DNA of 64,000 nt from Eledone cirrhosa (lineage: Eukaryota), in the NCBI GenBank assembly GCA_964016885.1, contig OZ024742.1:327918001-327982000 (forward strand), read 5' to 3'. The notes beneath the pieces are model-generated. The model made no database searches and was not told the origin of the DNA. It saw only the letters and a program-made list of their open reading frames with translations. Numbering within the stretch: position 1 is the first letter of the stretch; every line of letters begins with the position of its first letter. A program made the position numbers and the translations under genes. This document shows, in pieces, positions 42,904 through 56,587 of this stretch.

Positions 42904-43438
42904 AAAATGAACAAATTCCTCCCTGGAAAAATGCCTTCTGTGCAAAATCACCTAAAATAAATTCACCATTTATACCAGACTAAAATGTCACTAAGTAAAA
43001 CATAAAACAGTAAAAGATAATATCAATTTGTAATTATGTCAAGGACCCGGATGTGTTTGGTTGTTTACTTGTTCGGGTCGTGGAAATTATGATAAGTATG
43101 ATGGAATGCACCTTCGTTGTTTTCCTTCGAAGAACGTTCCATCAGCTCATCTCTGCCTTGTCAGTCACACGCTGTAACAATAAGCCTACTGACTCCAATT
43201 ATGATAGGAAGCCGGGTGCGTCGAAGCTCCTTCTCAATATGTCGTTAAGAGCAGCATGTCAGGGGAACCGGCCGACACCCTAGCGGCATGATAATGGGTG
43301 CAGTCCAAACTCATCGACGAACATTGCCTTTACTAAAGGGAATATTTGGTTGTAATCAACCTTGCCCGGATTTGTGCTGCGGAAGAGAACTAACTAGGTG
43401 CAAATCCCATGGTCATTCGTGACCGAAGGGTCCTTTAC

Positions 43439-43508
<70 letters not shown>

Positions 43509-44128
43509 AGTGTAACTTGGAGTTACTGCAGGTTCACCCGGGTGAGCACTCGATGTTTAAGTTCACTTCTGTGTTGAGGTGTAGAGCTATACAGAGTGTA
43601 ATATATTGAAAGGATAACAAGGAAGATTGGTTACACTTCATTACATTTATTGGTAGGTGACGCGCGTTTCGCCACGGATCAGCTCAAGGTTCGATCTGTA
43701 TAGATCTTACCCGACTCTAGAATCGGCAGCTCGACGGACCCTTTAAAATGCTAGAGCTGCCGATTATAGAGTATATATCTATGTTTATGTATATTTATAT
43801 ATATATACATATATATGTATATTTATTAAAATAACAAGTTTAAGCAAAGAATCGCTGCTTTTACCCATAACGGGATCTTCTGAAAGCAGCGATTCTTTGC
43901 TTAAAATTCAATCTGTTATTTTAATAAATATTTGCTGTAGGGTTCTTATATATTTGATATATATTTATCCTTATCGAGCCCTCTTTGGATTTTAGTCTTC
44001 AAATTTCTTATTACTATAAATATATATATGAAAAAGAACACAAGAGCGTCTACGACATCTGCTATATACATGCTGCCAATACCTTAATGGGACACGGGTA
44101 TACAATACCTAACTCCTATTAACCTAAG

Positions 44129-44178
<50 letters not shown>

Positions 44179-44243
44179 AAAGAATAGAGGTGTAACACAC
44201 AACCATTATCACAACATCGAACACCTTACTACTACTACTACAC

Positions 44244-44327
<84 letters not shown>

Positions 44328-44344
44328 TTGTTGTGAAAGAGTCA

Positions 44345-44790
44345 TTTCTCAATCTTGGCGCAAAACCAATTTTTTATTCACATGACCTCTACCGACCAAT
44401 CAAAATTGTTTTGACCACAAGAATATTTGCAAACACCAAATAACGCTGCAGCCACTTTTTTAACATAAAAACAGTCTTGGCACAAAATCAATTTTTTACA
44501 TTCACATGACCTCTACCGACCAATCAAAATTGTTTTGACCACAAGAATTTTTGCAACACCAAAGTAACGCTGGAGCCACTTTTTTAACATAAAAACAGGT
44601 AGAATCCCCAAAACTAATCAGATCAGAGCAAACAGCACGGACACTCTATCTCAAAATTAATTTTGAAAAGCATTTAGAAATGCGCAACCGGTAAAAACTT
44701 AAAAACTTAAAACCACAGCTGAATACTAACCCATACAATCACTAATACTCTTTTATTCCTAATTAAACCATTTTTCAACTGTGAACAATT
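44345..44790 (+). mobile_element. Related pLTR remnant with ~125-bp tandem duplication and degenerate U3-A8 HHR (44661-44695)
   Basis: 44353-44473 repeats at 44475-44598. TTGAAAA-GCATT..AATGC-GCAA-CCGG-TA. Confidence 0.6.
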
Positions 44791-44814
44791 TGTCAGCATT
44801 TTCTATTCCGTTTA

Positions 44815-44882
<68 letters not shown>

Positions 44883-45061
44883 GGAAGAACACTGGAGGGT
44901 CATATCTATAGTAGTAGAGCATTCAGTCGATGGGACGAGTTAGGTAGAAGTAGTTCCACAACAGTTAGTTCACCATACCGAGAACAAATGTTTCACCTTA
45001 CACCGATCTTCAGCTCAGTCTTCATATATATATAAATATATATATATATATATGAAGACCG

Positions 45062-45133
<72 letters not shown>

Positions 45134-45280
45134 TTGTGTGTATGTATGTGTGTGTGTATGTATATGTGCGTGTATATATATATATATATATATATATATT
45201 CACATATATATATATATATACACACATATATATATATGCACACACACACACATATATATATGCATGCATGTATATATATA

Positions 45281-45404
<124 letters not shown>

Positions 45405-45569
45405 TATATATATATATATACATGCATGCATATATATATCTGTGTGTGTGTGTGTGTGTGTATATATATGTGTGTGTGTATATATATATATGTGAATATA
45501 TATGTGTATATATATATATACACACACATATACATATACACACACATACATACACACAGACACACACAC

Positions 45570-45606
<37 letters not shown>

Positions 45607-46562
45607 CGTATACATATACATGCATGCATATACATATATCTGTGTGCGTGCGTGTATGTGTATGTATATAAGTATGTGTGTATTCTCGTATGTATGTAAA
45701 TATGTGTGTGTGTGTGTGTCTGTGTCTGCGTGTATGAAAGCAGTTTGTGTAGTGAATGTTCAGCAGTGAAAGTTTATCAGGTGTATTGTTGAAAGTTAAT
45801 TGTTAATAGTGCTATTCATGTTCCTAATGGTTGCTATAATCTGAACTTTGTCTCTTAGCCTGCGGCCTTTAAGAGAGGCAGTGCACTTGTTTCTATGTGT
45901 ACTTCTCTCTTTGGATTTAAAAAAACAAAACATTCTTTCAGACTGAAAAACATAGGAGAAAAAAGTAAGCAACACACTATGTTATATTAATTCTTATTGA
46001 TAGGATTACATTATGATTGTTTGTGTGTTGCTTATGTAGACCTATTTACTTCTTTGTGTTTGTATATTTGTATGTGGAATTGTGTACGTTTCTGTGCATG
46101 TGTATATGTGAGTGGGTGTATGTGTGTTCCAGTGCTAGAAAATTAGAGAGAGGGGGGGGGGATAGAGAGAGAGAGTAGATAACTGTGAGCTGAAGAAATA
46201 GCATACAGAAAGAAACAAATACGTAATGCTAATTGAATAAATGTACTAAATCATGAGAGCAGAGCAACTGAATCAGCAAAGTAATCCAACTCCATGTACA
46301 CGACGAAAACCAGCCTTTGTTTCCTTCCAGCCTTAACATGCTGCACATTTTACATGCGATTCCGTTATCAATTTATTTCTAGATGCAATTGTTTACGTAT
46401 TTGGTGAAACATCACCTTTAAAGGTTCCTGTTCGTTCTTTGTTGTTTTGTTATCGTCTCGCATACAGTACGAACTTAATGCACGAAACTACAGGCCACGA
46501 AGATGGCTGCTGGTGTAAACAGCTGTTTATTCGTCATATTCAACTGTATACATTACTGGTGA

Positions 46563-46649
<87 letters not shown>

Positions 46650-46654
<5 letters not shown>

Positions 46655-47090
46655 ATACTTTGGGAGGGTCATGTTGCCAATAAGAAACACACGCACCAGT
46701 TGCTTTCACTTCAATTTATTATATATTTATAAATTTATAAATTTACAAATCTACAAACTTATAAATTTCTGGTTGGTTGGTTGGTTCCACAACCAGATAG
46801 TTGTTTATATATAGTCATAGTCCTTTCGTCACACACTCTGTGACCTCTTCAGTGACTGGGGATTCCTTTCTTTGTTTCTGTGCTTTTCCTTTCTTCTATC
46901 CTACGCCATTTTGTTTCTGTGTGTGTCTATATAAACAACTATCTGGTTGTGGAACCAACCAACCAACCAGAAATTTATAAGTTTGTAGATTTGTAAATTT
47001 ATAAATTTATAAATATATAATAAATTGAAGTGAAAGCTACTGGTGCGTGTGTTTCTTATTGGCAACATGACCCTCCCAAAGTATAACAAT
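46650..47090. mobile_element. Inverted-arm cassette (arms 46650-46812 and 46927-47090)
   Basis: The arms are near-exact reverse complements. A homologue lies at 63740-64000. Confidence 0.9.
46813..46857 (-). ncRNA. Type-I HHR motif (second copy 63924-63968 +)
   Basis: AGTCA-CTGAAGA-G-GTCACA gagtg TGTGAC-GAAA-GGAC-TA-TGACT. Confidence 0.75.
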
Positions 47091-47148
47091 ATCGGTTTCA
47101 ACACACGATTTCAGATAAAGAATCTTGCTAAACAAATTCAGAAACGAA

Positions 47149-47179
<31 letters not shown>

Positions 47180-47198
47180 CAATATAGTATCAGTAGTA

Positions 47199-47252
<54 letters not shown>

Positions 47253-47254
47253 GG

Positions 47255-48620
47255 TAAAAATATGAAACGAAATTTCATTTCCCACTCTTAGTACGGCTGT
47301 TATTTATATATAAGTATGTACACGTACATACATATATGTATACAGACGTACAGTAGTATGTATATATATATATACATACATGCACACATATATATATGTA
47401 CGTATGGATTCACCGAACATTTATTATAATGCTCGGTGTGTTTGTAAACAAACATCCCGTATTAAGCCGTAGCGTCTAGCAACCATCGTTGCTCGTTTGT
47501 TCAACACTGACAAAGGAACGCTGTACTAGTTTCAAGCTTATTATCTATCGTCAGCAACGTATACCTTCCTGCCAGATTGTTGAACGTATATACTTACCTT
47601 ATGCATATTAACGGCTGAGTAGCCCAATTTGCATATCGAGTGGGTTAATCGGCCGGGTGCACCGAAAACGATAAACGGAAAGAATGAAACGAAATTTCAT
47701 TTCATGTATGTATATATACATACTACTGTACATCTGTATACATATATGTATGTACGTGTACATAGTTATATTTAAGTAACAGCCGTACTAAGAGTGGGAA
47801 ATGAAATTTCGTTTCATTTTTCCGTTTATCGTTTTCGGTGCACCCGGCCGAATAACCCACTCGATATGCAAATTGGGCTACTCAGCCGTTTATATGCGTA
47901 AGGTAAGTATATACATTCAACAATCTGGCAGGAAGGTATACGTTGCTGACGATAGCTAATAAGCTTGAAACTAGTACAGCGTTCCATTGTCAGTGTTGAA
48001 CAAACGAGCAACGATGGTTGCTAGACACTACGGCTTAATACGGGATGTTTGTTTACAAACACACCGAGCATTATAATAAATATTCGTTGAATCCATACGT
48101 ACAGTTATATATGTGTGCATGTATGTATATATATATATATATATACTACTGTACGTCTGTATACATATATGTATGTACGTGTACATACTTATATTTAAGT
48201 AACAGCCGTACTAAGAATGGGAAATGAAATTTCGTTTCATTCATTCCGTTTATTGTTTTCGGTGCACCCGGCCGATTAACCCACTCGATATGCAAATTGG
48301 GCTACTCAGTCGTTATTATGCATAAGATAAGTATATACGTTCAACAATCTGGCAGGAAAGTATCCGTTGCTGACAAAAGATAATAAGCTTGAAACTAGTA
48401 CAGCGTTCTTTTGTCAGTTTTGAACAAACGAGCAACGATGGTTGCTAGACACTACGGCTTAATACGGGATGTTTGTTTACAAACACACCGAGCATTATAA
48501 TAAATGTTCGGTGAATCCATACGTACATATATATATATATGTGTGCATGTATGTATATATATATACATACTACTGTACATCTGTATACATATATGTATGT
48601 ACGTGTACATACTTATATAT
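47255..48620. mobile_element. Retrozyme-like array: 424-bp HHR-bearing unit, ~1.05 copies inverted + ~2.15 copies tandem
   Basis: HHRs at 47941 and 48365 (period 424) and at 47519-47559 on the minus strand. No credible ORF. (TA)n flanks. Confidence 0.85.
47941..47981 (+). ncRNA. Minimal type-I HHR motif, intact
   Basis: CGTTG-CTGACGA-T-AGCT aata AGCT-T-GAAA-CTAG-TA-CAGCG. Confidence 0.85.
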
Positions 48621-48638
48621 ATATATATATATATATAT

Positions 48639-48842
48639 AACGGAGGAAATGTAGTAAGGAACCAGCTGGACCATAACGCACCAAAGTACTCAATACTTAG
48701 GGTAGTAGAGTGGGTAATAGGAACGAGTAGGACCCGACGGCTGAGCTCAAGCCGTTTCGACGGCTAATTCGGGACTAATTTAGTCCAGAATTAGCCGTCG
48801 AAACGGCTTGAGCTCAGCCGTCGGGGTCCTACTCGTTCCTAT
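48639..48842 (-). mobile_element. Fold-back cassette family F2
   Basis: Hairpin at 48717-48842 containing the HHR 3' half GTC-GAAA-CGGCTTGAGCTCAGCCG-TC-GGGGT. Second copy at 56230-56424. Confidence 0.85.
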
Positions 48843-49087
48843 ATATATATATATATATATATATTTATTTATTTATTTATTAAAATAACAGATTAAAGTC
48901 TAAGAAAACAATCGCTGCTTTCACCCTTAACGGGAAGATCCCGTTATGGGTGAAAGCAGCGATTCTTTGCTTAAACTTTATTCTGTTATTTTCACAAATA
49001 TTTGCTCTATGGTTTTTATATATTTGATATATAATTATCCTTATCGAGCCCTCTTCGGATTTTAGTCTTCAAATTTATTATTATTAC

Positions 49088-49120
<33 letters not shown>

Positions 49121-49197
49121 CCCCCCCCCCACATATATATATATATATCGAATATTGTTTATCGTGAACTCGTGCGCCGATTTTTCGATACTCGATC

Positions 49198-49281
<84 letters not shown>

Positions 49282-49982
49282 TAAGTTATCGCAATTATTC
49301 CGACATAGTTGTCTGCAAAACTGCTCGATGATAACATGTATGAAAATACCTGTTTCAAGGCAAACTCAATAACCTGAGCCTAGCCCTAGCCATACCCATA
49401 CCCTTAACCCACACGCTAACACTAAATATAACACTAACACTAAACCCAACACTATCCCTAACACTAACCTTAAACCTCGCGTCCTGGTCAAGCTGGTATG
49501 GAATTTTTTCTCTCTCTCTCTTTCGTCTGCGACTTCACAAAACTTATGTTTACCGAATTCGTAGACCAGACCCCTTCTTCTTCTTCTTCTTCTTCTTCTT
49601 CTTCTTCTTCTTCTTCTTCTTCTTCTTCTTCTTCTTCTTCTTCTTCCCCCCCCGTTAGACTTGTGCGAAATTCCTTCCTTTCTCACATTTCAACCATGTT
49701 TGATGGTCTTTTGTCTCTTGTTCACGATTTCACCGAATTTATATTCATAGAGATCTGGGACTTGTCTATTTCTTCTCACTTCCGTTGCTTAAGCCATTTT
49801 TTTTGTTACCCTAACGTCCCTTTTATTTACGTGTCCCAACGACTTTTTTTAGCCGTTGTTCGCACCAACCTGAGGCATATGGCCCTTATAGCGATGAAAT
49901 GCCTGGGACGGTTGGAGGGTCACTGATGAAGGACTCACTTTTTCATATGCACCACCATTTGCAACGGGCAGCCATCATTATT

Positions 49983-50052
<70 letters not shown>

Positions 50053-50072
50053 ATATATATACAATATATGTA

Positions 50073-50144
<72 letters not shown>

Positions 50145-50200
50145 TTGTATATATATATTGTATATATATATATATATATATATATACAATATATATATAT

Positions 50201-50275
<75 letters not shown>

Positions 50276-50282
<7 letters not shown>

Positions 50283-51008
50283 GAAACAAGAATGTCTTTT
50301 ATTAGTAGCCTGCTGATTATCGTAGGTATTTCTTCGCATTAAAGACTAGATACCTAAAATCAATGCGAGCGATAATTAAATTAAGTTATCGGGACAGAGG
50401 AAAACAGAGGAAAGGAAACAAACAACATGGTAGTATTGCAACGTATTCGTAACAAGGCAGCACGCCATTTTTTATTCCCATATAATTTTTCCCTTCGCTG
50501 TGGTTCGTATTTTTTCTGTCACCTTATTGCTATCCTCTTTCCCTCTCCCTCTACTCTCTCCTTCACCTCTTGCTTTCCACCACTCCAGCTGCTGTTCACT
50601 CACTCTCGGCTGGCCCTTTCCTCACACTTCACTCACTCACTCCCTGCTACTCCTCCTCTCTCACTTCCTCCCGTCTGACCTGCGTGAAATTCTTTACTCT
50701 GTCACTTTTCTGGTGGCTCGGACGCGTCTGTTTCTTCTCGTCATTTGATTTGTCGGACCTAAGCCCACAACATTCATTGACTTGTCTCTCTTTTCCTCTC
50801 TTTACGTTGCATTACTACCATGTTGTTTGTTTCCTTTCCTCTGTTTTCCTCTGTCCCGATAACTTAATTTAGTTATCGCTCACTCTGATTTTAGGCATCT
50901 AATATTTAATGCGAAGAAATACCAATGATAATCATCAAGCAACTGATTTTTGCTTCTCGGTCTATTTTTATTCATATGATCATATTCGCAACAACGCAGC
51001 ACGCCATT
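50276..51008 (+). mobile_element. Inverted-arm non-coding element (arms ~50276-50445 and 50802-50963)
   Basis: The arms are reverse-complementary. The body 50530-51008 is homologous to the reverse complement of 54016-54490. Confidence 0.75.
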
Positions 51009-51130
<122 letters not shown>

Positions 51131-51530
51131 AAACGCATCTCTACCAAAATACAGCCAACAGTACTTGCTATTAACTAAAATAGGAGCACTCTGAACTATT
51201 GGTTTGAGTAGCATTACTGCAATCTAGTAGATTTGTATGTATGTATGTATGTATATATATACATATCAGGGCATTCTTCTAGGAGAAGGCAACTCGGGAA
51301 ACTCGGATAACCACGATATAAAACCTGCGACTCAGTAGTTACCGATGATGTTGATATTTTCTTCTTTTCGGGTTATAGCTACTGTCACTCAAAGAGTGGG
51401 ATTGGCTCAGTGCACAGTCTTTCCTCACTTTAAAAATATTCTTCACACACAAGCATTGCACGATGGAATTAATTAATAATTATTAATAATGGTATATCGT
51501 GCAATGGCCATACTCGATAACGAGGGGGCA

Positions 51531-51621
<91 letters not shown>

Positions 51622-51911
51622 TGTATGTATGTATGTATGTATGTATAAATATATGTATGTGTCTGTGATGCAGAATACTTTATGACAACCGAAGAAATAA
51701 AACACGAATTAACACTCACTATATTAATTTAATATCAATCTACTTGTGTTTGCAAGAGGTCAGATGGTGCTTTCAACACAAAATTAAATTATCCCGAGAA
51801 TTTACAAATGATTTCTTGAAAGTATTGCTCTGTTTTTCATTCGGGAGACACTAACATTAACCTCGAAGGGGTTATGTATAAAATTAAGAAATAAAGAATC
51901 CAGTTCATATG

Positions 51912-51955
<44 letters not shown>

Positions 51956-52226
51956 TATATACATATATATAGACAGAGACAGATCGAAAATAAAACAACA
52001 AAAAAAAACAATAAGGCACATTTATTAATTTATTAATGCATTTATTGCTGAATCTAACACGTGTTTCGATTCGTCATGTTGTCGGCCACTGGGCTCTATA
52101 CTATTATATACATCAATATCTTACTTTGCATCTACATGTATGCCCGTAAGCATTGTCTTACGATTAAAAGAATCGTTTCACCATCACGTGGTCTCAGGTT
52201 GAATTATGTGTCGGATTTAATAGACG

Positions 52227-52292
<66 letters not shown>

Positions 52293-53167
52293 AAGATGAA
52301 TATAAAATGAAAGTGCTTTTTTAAAAAGGAATTTATTAGGTATTGACATATGTTTCTGTAACAGACGGAATACCTATGTATCGCTGCTTGCGTAATCATA
52401 TAATGTTAGCAAGTATTCGATAGCAAATGTATAATCAGTTGTAACTTCTTCAGAGATATTGGATAAATTGGAAAAAATCAGAAAAATTGAAGTATTTATA
52501 TTAGTTGTAAGAAAGGAAGAGAGGGGATAGTATATGACAGATGGCAATTCAATTTACTGGTAAACAAGTATATAAAGGGTTTCTAATGAGAATACAATGA
52601 GTATATGGTTTATTTTATCTAAATATGAATTTTTGGGAGTGCCTATTTTAATCTATACTTGACCAATTGAACAATGGACAGGGCTGGTCGTTTGGTATAG
52701 TAGTATTAATAAATATAAAGTGTCAATTAAGGAAGAGGGAGATTTACACTGCTACTGAATAACAACAATGCTGGTAGTCTGCTGGTATATGCATTAGGGA
52801 ATTGAATTAAGAAATCTCTTTTTATCTATAGCAGTCTATATTAAATAGAAGAGTTGATAGAATTAAGACTGATAGAGAATTTTATATAAATATATATAAA
52901 TAAAAACAATGAAATAAAAACAAAGAACAAGTTCCTTATATTAAAAAATTCATCATTTTACGATCGTTTCTGGGATGTATATGTGTCTTGGTATGTATAC
53001 CATCACATTCATATGAATTAATATAACTTTATCCGAATAAATATACCTATCGTTAAATTTAATTTCTTGTTATAGATCTAGATTCCTTGTGGTTTAAATA
53101 AGATTGGTATTTCTCACTAATACCCTTACCCTAAAATTTTATTTTCCTTCGTTTTTAACATTATTCA

Positions 53168-53360
53168 GGGTGGTGAATTGGCAGTATCGGTAGAGGGTCG
53201 GACGCTATGCTTTGATGCATAGAGTTACGGCCCTTTCCAATCTGAGTTCAAATCCCGCCGAGGTTAACTTTGCCTTTCATCCTTACGGGGTCGATAAAAT
53301 AAAGTACAAGTAATGCACTGGGTAATTTCTGGCGTTGTGCCAAAAGTAGAAACAATTATT
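53168..53360 (+). mobile_element. tRNA-derived SINE family A, apparently full-length
   Basis: A-box-like TGGCAGTATCGG and B-box GAGTTCAAATCC. The central GCCTTTCATCCTTACGGGGTCGATAAAATAAAGTAC resembles the MetaSINE domain (inference). Confidence 0.85.
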
Positions 53361-53589
53361 CTTTAATAACCTCAAATTTCCGCATACCCTTCACTAACAT
53401 CTTGGCTTGACCTCTTTTCATCCCCAAAGTATTCTTTTCATTCAAAACATAAGTCTGCACTCTTAGATTAAATTTCTACTACTGCTATTCTATTAACTTG
53501 ACCTTTAACTACTTTTTTTATTGGTCAATTCAAAACCTGTTCCCAAACAGACCTTTTTTATATTAAATCTTTGTTGTTTTTTTCACATC

Positions 53590-53725
53590 TCATCATTTCT
53601 GAGGACGGCATGTATATGTGAAGGTATGAATATTTCCTCCGATAATTTGTAATATTTTTACATAGATCTATATGATATACACACCAACACACATATACAT
53701 CCCAGAAACCATCGTAAAATGATGA
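53590..53725 (+). ncRNA. Type-I HHR motif with long helix II insertion
   Basis: TCATCATTT-CTGAGGA-cGGcATGTATATGTG...CACATATACATCCca-GAAA-CCATCG-TA-AAATGATGA. The other arm gives palindromic ACGATCGT. Confidence 0.75.
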
Positions 53726-53916
53726 ATTTTTTAATATAAGGAACTTGTTCTTTGTTTTTATTTCATTGTTTTTATTAATTTATCTTGACTTCCTATGATT
53801 TTTATCGAACATTTTTGAGTGCCTATTCTCTTTTCATGATACTTGGATTACATTGAGTTCTTCATACGGATTGGACACTACTGTATATTTTGGTAGATTT
53901 ATCTCTCTATATATAT

Positions 53917-54015
<99 letters not shown>

Positions 54016-54689
54016 TGAAAAATGGGTGCTGCGTTGTTGCGAACATGAATATATGAATAAAAATAGACAAAGGTTAAAATGTCCTCTTCAGTAGTCTTCT
54101 GATTTATCGCTGGTATTTCGGCGCATTAAAGACTATATATCTAAAATCAGTGGGAGCGATAACTCAATTAAGTTATCGGGACAGTGGGAAAACGGAGGGA
54201 AGAAAACAAACACATGGTGGTATGCAACGAAAAGAGAGGAAAATTAGAGACAAGTCAATGAATCACGAGGGCATAAGCCCGACATATCAAATTGACGAGA
54301 AGAAATAGACACGTCCGAGCCGCGAGAAGATTGAGAGAGGAAAGAAATTCAAGCAGGTCAGACGGGAGGAAATGATAGGGGTGGAGAAGCAGAGAAGTAG
54401 TGAGTGAAAGTGGGAGGAAGGACCAGCCGAGGGTGAGTGACAAGCAGCAGGAATTGAGGAAGGCAAGAGGCGAAAGAGAGAGCAGGGGTATATAAAAATA
54501 TCCTTCTCTACTACTCCTAATCTAGCAGACATCATAGGAACAACGAACCACAGTAAGATCACCAAGACACAGCACCTCGACACAGACGCACCTACACCTG
54601 ACAATAACTATATCGGCCTTAACAACTCCCTGGCAGCATCCAATAGTGTTGGCAACGACATCCGCAGACACAACCAGCATAACCGCGAA

Positions 54690-55283
54690 ATGACTGGGGA
54701 ACATGCAGGACATGACGTGCGGAATAACAATCGCACCACCCCGCGTGCTGTGGGTTGTAATGCTGCTAACGACAGCTGCGGTAGCGTAGGTAACAATGTA
54801 GGCAGCAACAATGATAGCCTTACCGTGGGAAATAGACGGAACCGCGACAGAAATTGCAACTGCCGCGACAGAGGACGCTGCCCCCTTAGAGGATACTGCT
54901 TGACTGATAGGGTTATATATAGATACACTATTACTAGCCACAATAGCGTTAAACATTATATAGGGGCTACCTCTGGCCCGTTCAAAATTAGGTTTCGAAC
55001 AAATCTCCACTCTTTCACAAATAGAACACTAAGGCACTCCACTTCGCTCGCGGACTACATCACATCACTAAAGGACTTAAACATCAGCTTCTCCACGAAC
55101 TGGGAGATTGTCGGCAGGGCTGAACCGTACAACTTCAAGAGGAAATGCGATCTTTGCCTCATGGAGCTCTACCACATCATAACTGCACCCAACGAGCTCA
55201 TCAACAGCAGAGCTGAAACAGCGATAAGTTGTACACATCGCTTAAAAATATCCTTCTTCAGATGGGTTAAGGATGAGGAGTGA
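54690..55283 (+). pseudogene. GIY-YIG endonuclease C-terminus of a Nematis-type Penelope-like element (5'-truncated)
   Basis: CNCRDRGRCPLRGYCL linker, VIY...YIG, HSF, CDLC..E, and INSRAE...CTH. Confidence 0.88.
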
Positions 55284-55574
55284 AACCGTACACCGGATCT
55301 CCCTGCAACAAGTCTTAACACCCCGGCGGGCAGGCGCTGCAAAATAACACCCAGGAAACAATCCTTGCATACCAGACCCAGTCTCAGACAAACAAATGCG
55401 GCAAAAAAAAAAAAAGATTTGTCCGGGAAAGACTGCCCTAACACCGGCCAGAGTTACCTCCCTTGACCTGGTGCAAAATCAAAACAAGCTATTTTTGTGA
55501 GCAATGAACCTTGATGTGGATTTAAACCCCAAAACTCTTTCCGAGCAATATAAGGAACACTTTTGATTATTTAT

Positions 55575-55612
55575 GCCCTTGAGAAGCCCAACTGGGCGAA
55601 ACGTACGTAGGC
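55575..55612 (+). ncRNA. Type-I HHR motif, U3-A8 variant, in PLE 3' region
   Basis: GCCc-TTGAGAA-GCCC aact GGGC-GAAA-CGTACG-TA-GGC, followed by AATAAA. Confidence 0.7.
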
Positions 55613-55845
55613 GCTGTTTTAAATAAACATGTTTTAACGGTCTATTCTCCGATTTTTTACTTTCCCACGTGCTTACACTCTGCTAACTCTCTAGCCCACT
55701 AAATATTAACACTTCGAATATTTAATACTGCCGGCACTAGTATCGAGCACCTTTGGCATACGCTACTTGGCAAATAACTATATGTATCACCTATCCTCCC
55801 CTTTTTTTCTCTTTCTCGATACGTAAATACTGTATATATATATAT

Positions 55846-56230
<385 letters not shown>

Positions 56231-56444
56231 CGAAGGAAATGCGGTAAGGAACCAGGTGGACCATAACGCACCAAAGTACTCAATACTTAGGGTAGTAGAG
56301 TGAGTAATAGGAACCAGTAAGACCCCGACGGCTGTGCTCAAGCCGTTTCGACGGCCTATTCTGCGTCCAGAATTAGCCGTCGTAACGGCTTGAGCTCAGC
56401 CGTCGGGGTCTTACTGGTTCCTATATAGATATATAAATATATAC

Positions 56445-56482
<38 letters not shown>

Positions 56483-56497
56483 GTATATATTTATATA

Positions 56498-56584
<87 letters not shown>

Positions 56585-56587
<3 letters not shown>

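Larger units (their letters stand above)
52900..53777 (+). mobile_element. Inverted-arm HHR element containing a nested SINE
   Basis: 52900-52995 is the reverse complement of 53680-53777. Confidence 0.8.

Noticed and set aside
49370-49476. Interstitial telomeric repeat
   Set aside because: Highly degenerate CCTAAC-like hexamers, a pattern common inside non-autonomous DNA elements. Not a true (CCCTAA)n array.
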